A stretch of DNA of 53,473 bases from a virus, in the IMG/VR virus record IMGVR_UViG_3300025678_000003, positions 1-53,473 of that record; one strand, 5' to 3'. Position 1 is the stretch's first letter. Each line of letters opens with the position of its first letter. Positions 51,937-53,473 of this stretch are shown here, piece by piece. Below the pieces are notes generated by a model. That model saw only the letters and a list, made by a program, of their open reading frames with translations. It searched no databases and had not been told where the DNA came from. A program made the position numbers and the translations under genes.

Positions 51937-51968
51937 CCCTCGATTCCGCTTTGCTAATCGCGGCTACG
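51937..51968 (-). repeat. REP-like GTAG-hairpin element, copy F (inverted; forms a doublet with E)
   Basis: The reverse complement is CGTAGCCGCGATTAGCAAAGCGGAATCGAGGG. It is 11 nt from copy E. Confidence 0.85.
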
Positions 51969-51981
51969 GCGGATGCGGCGG

Positions 51982-52260
51982 CTATCGAAGCCTGGCGGTT
52001 TCGGCTTCGCGTCGCACGTCGTCGATCAGGTCGGCGCAGCGGTGATGGCGTTGCGCGTTTTCTACGTGCAGCGGCGCCTCGATCGCGCGGCGGCAGGCTT
52101 CGGCATCTTCCGCACAGGTCAGCCACTCGGGCGGCAGTTGCCGGGGCCGCTCACAGCGGTCCAGCCGTTCGACGAGATCGTCACTCAGCGCCGCGAAGTG
52201 CGTGGTTGAGCAGGCGGTAATACTCAGCGCGAGCAGCGCTATCAAAGCGAGCGTTTTCAC
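51982..52260 (-). CDS. o-spanin (outer-membrane lipoprotein, 92 aa, GTG start)
   Basis: VKTLALIALLALSITAC gives a signal peptide plus lipobox. AAGGA lies 8 nt upstream. Overlaps the i-spanin 3' end by 80 nt in another frame. Confidence 0.65.
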   Translation of the reverse strand: MKTLALIALLALSITACSTTHFAALSDDLVERLDRCERPRQLPPEWLTCAEDAEACRRAIEAPLHVENAQRHHRCADLIDDVRREAETARLR

Positions 52261-52522
52261 GGGCGAGATCCTTGGCAAGTGCATCGGCCTGCTGGCGGGT
52301 GGCGGTGGCCAGCGCATCGGTTTCGGCATCACGGGCGCGGGCCTTGGCGTTGTTCACCTTGGCCTGGGCGGCAATCGCGGCATCACCACGACGAATCGCC
52401 TTGAGCTCCGTCTTGGCCGAGAAAAAGGTGGACAGCCACCACAGCAGCAACCCCACCAGCACCAGCGCCACCAGCGTGAGCGTGAGCTTGACGGCGGCGG
52501 AGAGATCGGCGAGCGGGTTCAC
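52181..52522 (-). CDS. i-spanin (113 aa, GTG start)
   Basis: GTGA overlap with the endolysin stop. N-terminal TM (VKLTLTLVALVLVGLLLWWL) followed by a coiled coil. Confidence 0.65.
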   Translation of the reverse strand: MNPLADLSAAVKLTLTLVALVLVGLLLWWLSTFFSAKTELKAIRRGDAAIAAQAKVNNAKARARDAETDALATATRQQADALAKDLARENARFDSAARAEYYRLLNHALRGAE

Positions 52523-53142
52523 AGCTTGCCCCGATACTTCCCCGCCCGCGCCACCACGTCGGGCGCGTATTTGCGGCTGATCTGGCAGGCGGTCAGGCGG
52601 GTGCCGGGGATGACGGCTTTGCCGCCGGCGCAAGCCTGCTCGACATGGCCCGCCCAGCGGTCAGCGTTGCAGCCCTTGGTGACCTGGCACAAACGGCGAT
52701 CAGCGCGGATGCCGCCGACGCCGCGGTTGTATGCCGTGAGCACCGGGTAGAGCGGGTCATCGAACAGCGGCGACAAGGCGCGGTGATTGTCGCGATTCTT
52801 GAGCACCAGCGCACGGAGCTGGTAGGTGGAGTCACCCACGTTCTCCCACGACCAGCCGGCCAGTTCAGCGCGGTGCGCCGCCCGCATCTCGGCCAATGCG
52901 TCGAAGCGGCCGAACACGCGGGTAATTTGCCCGAGGCCGGCCCCTTGCTCGCGCGACGTGCGGAACTCCACGCGGGGGTTCCAGCACTTTCTCGGGAGTG
53001 GACAGGCGGTTTCGTGGTCGACCTGGCCCGCCAGAATAAAGGCAGGGACCGGGGACCGCAGGCGCGAAGCCTCCCGCGCCAGTACAGGCAAGTGCGGCGC
53101 CGATTGCGGCGGCAAAGCAGGCGGCAAGGCGGCGAGTGGCAC
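52519..53142 (-). CDS. Endolysin, SLT-type lytic transglycosylase (about 207 aa; start uncertain)
   Basis: VDHETAC...REQGAGLGQIT...LTAYNRGVGGI resembles the E-S/T, GLMQ and AYNxG motifs of SLT domains. Lies between holin and spanins. The GTG at 53142 follows the holin stop. Confidence 0.65.
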   Translation of the reverse strand: MPLAALPPALPPQSAPHLPVLAREASRLRSPVPAFILAGQVDHETACPLPRKCWNPRVEFRTSREQGAGLGQITRVFGRFDALAEMRAAHRAELAGWSWENVGDSTYQLRALVLKNRDNHRALSPLFDDPLYPVLTAYNRGVGGIRADRRLCQVTKGCNADRWAGHVEQACAGGKAVIPGTRLTACQISRKYAPDVVARAGKYRGKL

Positions 53143-53144
53143 GG

Positions 53145-53473
53145 CTAGACACCACGCGACAGCGCCGTGACGGCGACCACAAAGATGCACGCCACCTCGA
53201 CCAGCGCGATCCGCAGCGTGACAATAGCCGCCGCCACGTTGCCAGCCTTGGCCAGCTCGTAGAACTCCTTGCCCTTTACCTCGGGCACAAGGAACTTGCG
53301 CGCGTTGTAGGCGATCGCCACGCCGACCACCGACCACACCGCCGAGAGCCCGAACAGCTTGACATCGCGCCAGCCAAAGGCAAAGCCCAAAGCCACCAGC
53401 AGCGCCACCGTCCACATGGTACGCACGGTGAACAGCGAGGCGATGGGACCGAAAAACTCTTTGACACGATCCC
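53145..53473 (-). CDS. Holin-like membrane protein, 3' part (joins to 203..128 across the circular junction)
   Basis: Same frame as the 1..203 segment via the 127-bp overlap. Hydrophobic segments MWTVALLVALGFAFGW, LFGLSAVWSVVGVAIAY and VAAAIVTLRIALVEVACIFVVAV. Confidence 0.7.
   Translation of the reverse strand, partial: DRVKEFFGPIASLFTVRTMWTVALLVALGFAFGWRDVKLFGLSAVWSVVGVAIAYNARKFLVPEVKGKEFYELAKAGNVAAAIVTLRIALVEVACIFVVAVTALSRGV
53347..53473. repeat. Terminal direct repeat identical to 1..127
   Basis: Read directly. Confidence 0.95.

Larger units (their letters stand above)
1..53473. mobile_element. Complete temperate phage genome (circular contig, lambda-like head module, long-tailed)
   Basis: Full set of packaging, head, tail, lysis, replication, immunity and integrase genes. 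The terminal 127-bp overlap closes the circle. Confidence 0.9.

Noticed and set aside
52519-53415. The full 298-aa track ORF as the endolysin, and likewise the N-terminal extensions of track ORFs 218..1216, 20154..21860, 29849..30751 and 10785..11390.
   Set aside because: The extensions overlap the preceding well-supported gene in another frame and are Arg/Gly-rich. Internal starts with SD or stop-start coupling fit better.

Overview
The window is a complete, circularly closed contig. Bases 1-127 are identical to 53347-53473, so the unique length is about 53,346 bp. It is a GC-rich temperate phage with a lambda-like head and a long-tailed (siphovirus-like) gene layout.

Map:
(1) A minus-strand late operon runs from about 24.8 kb down to 0.2 kb. 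It contains a cos-like region, TerS, a gpA-like TerL, gpW, a lambda-family portal, an S49 prohead protease with a nested scaffold gene, a gpD-like decoration protein, a gpE-like major capsid protein and connector genes. These are followed by an 803-aa beta-helix fibre, the tail tube, a chaperone, a 1488-aa tape measure and three distal tail proteins.
(2) The same strand continues across the circular junction into a lysis cassette: holin (spans the junction), SLT-type endolysin and overlapped i/o-spanins. After that come a lipoprotein and a tail-anchored protein (a moron pair).
(3) A plus-strand accessory operon at 25.7-28.9 kb includes a leaderless Lig E-like minimal ATP-dependent DNA ligase.
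(4) A minus-strand early-left operon runs from 35.4 down to 28.9 kb. It holds a Cro/YdaS-like gene, a long structured leader with an intrinsic terminator, DUF4406, a DUF1376 replication initiator with internal iterons, and a lambda-P-like loader.
(5) The immunity region at 35.4-36.5 kb has a CI-like HTH gene, a DUF4124 secreted protein and shared operator motifs.
(6) A plus-strand early-right arm at 36.5-50.7 kb carries DUF2303, many small ORFs, a P4-type integrase with attP-like arm repeats, and a DNA-modification island (MazG-like, Dam, ASCH-like, Dcm, Gp37/Gp68).

The most unusual sequence-level signal is a family of six 32-33 bp elements, each a GTAG flank plus a hairpin (REP/REPIN-like). 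They are confined to the 41-52 kb accessory arm. Some supply the Shine-Dalgarno of the downstream gene or are translated.

All functional calls come from motifs I recognise by eye; no searches were run. The ORF track prints alternative starts (GTG/TTG) as M, and several track ORFs were trimmed or split on the basis of ATGA/GTGA stop-start coupling and Shine-Dalgarno context.
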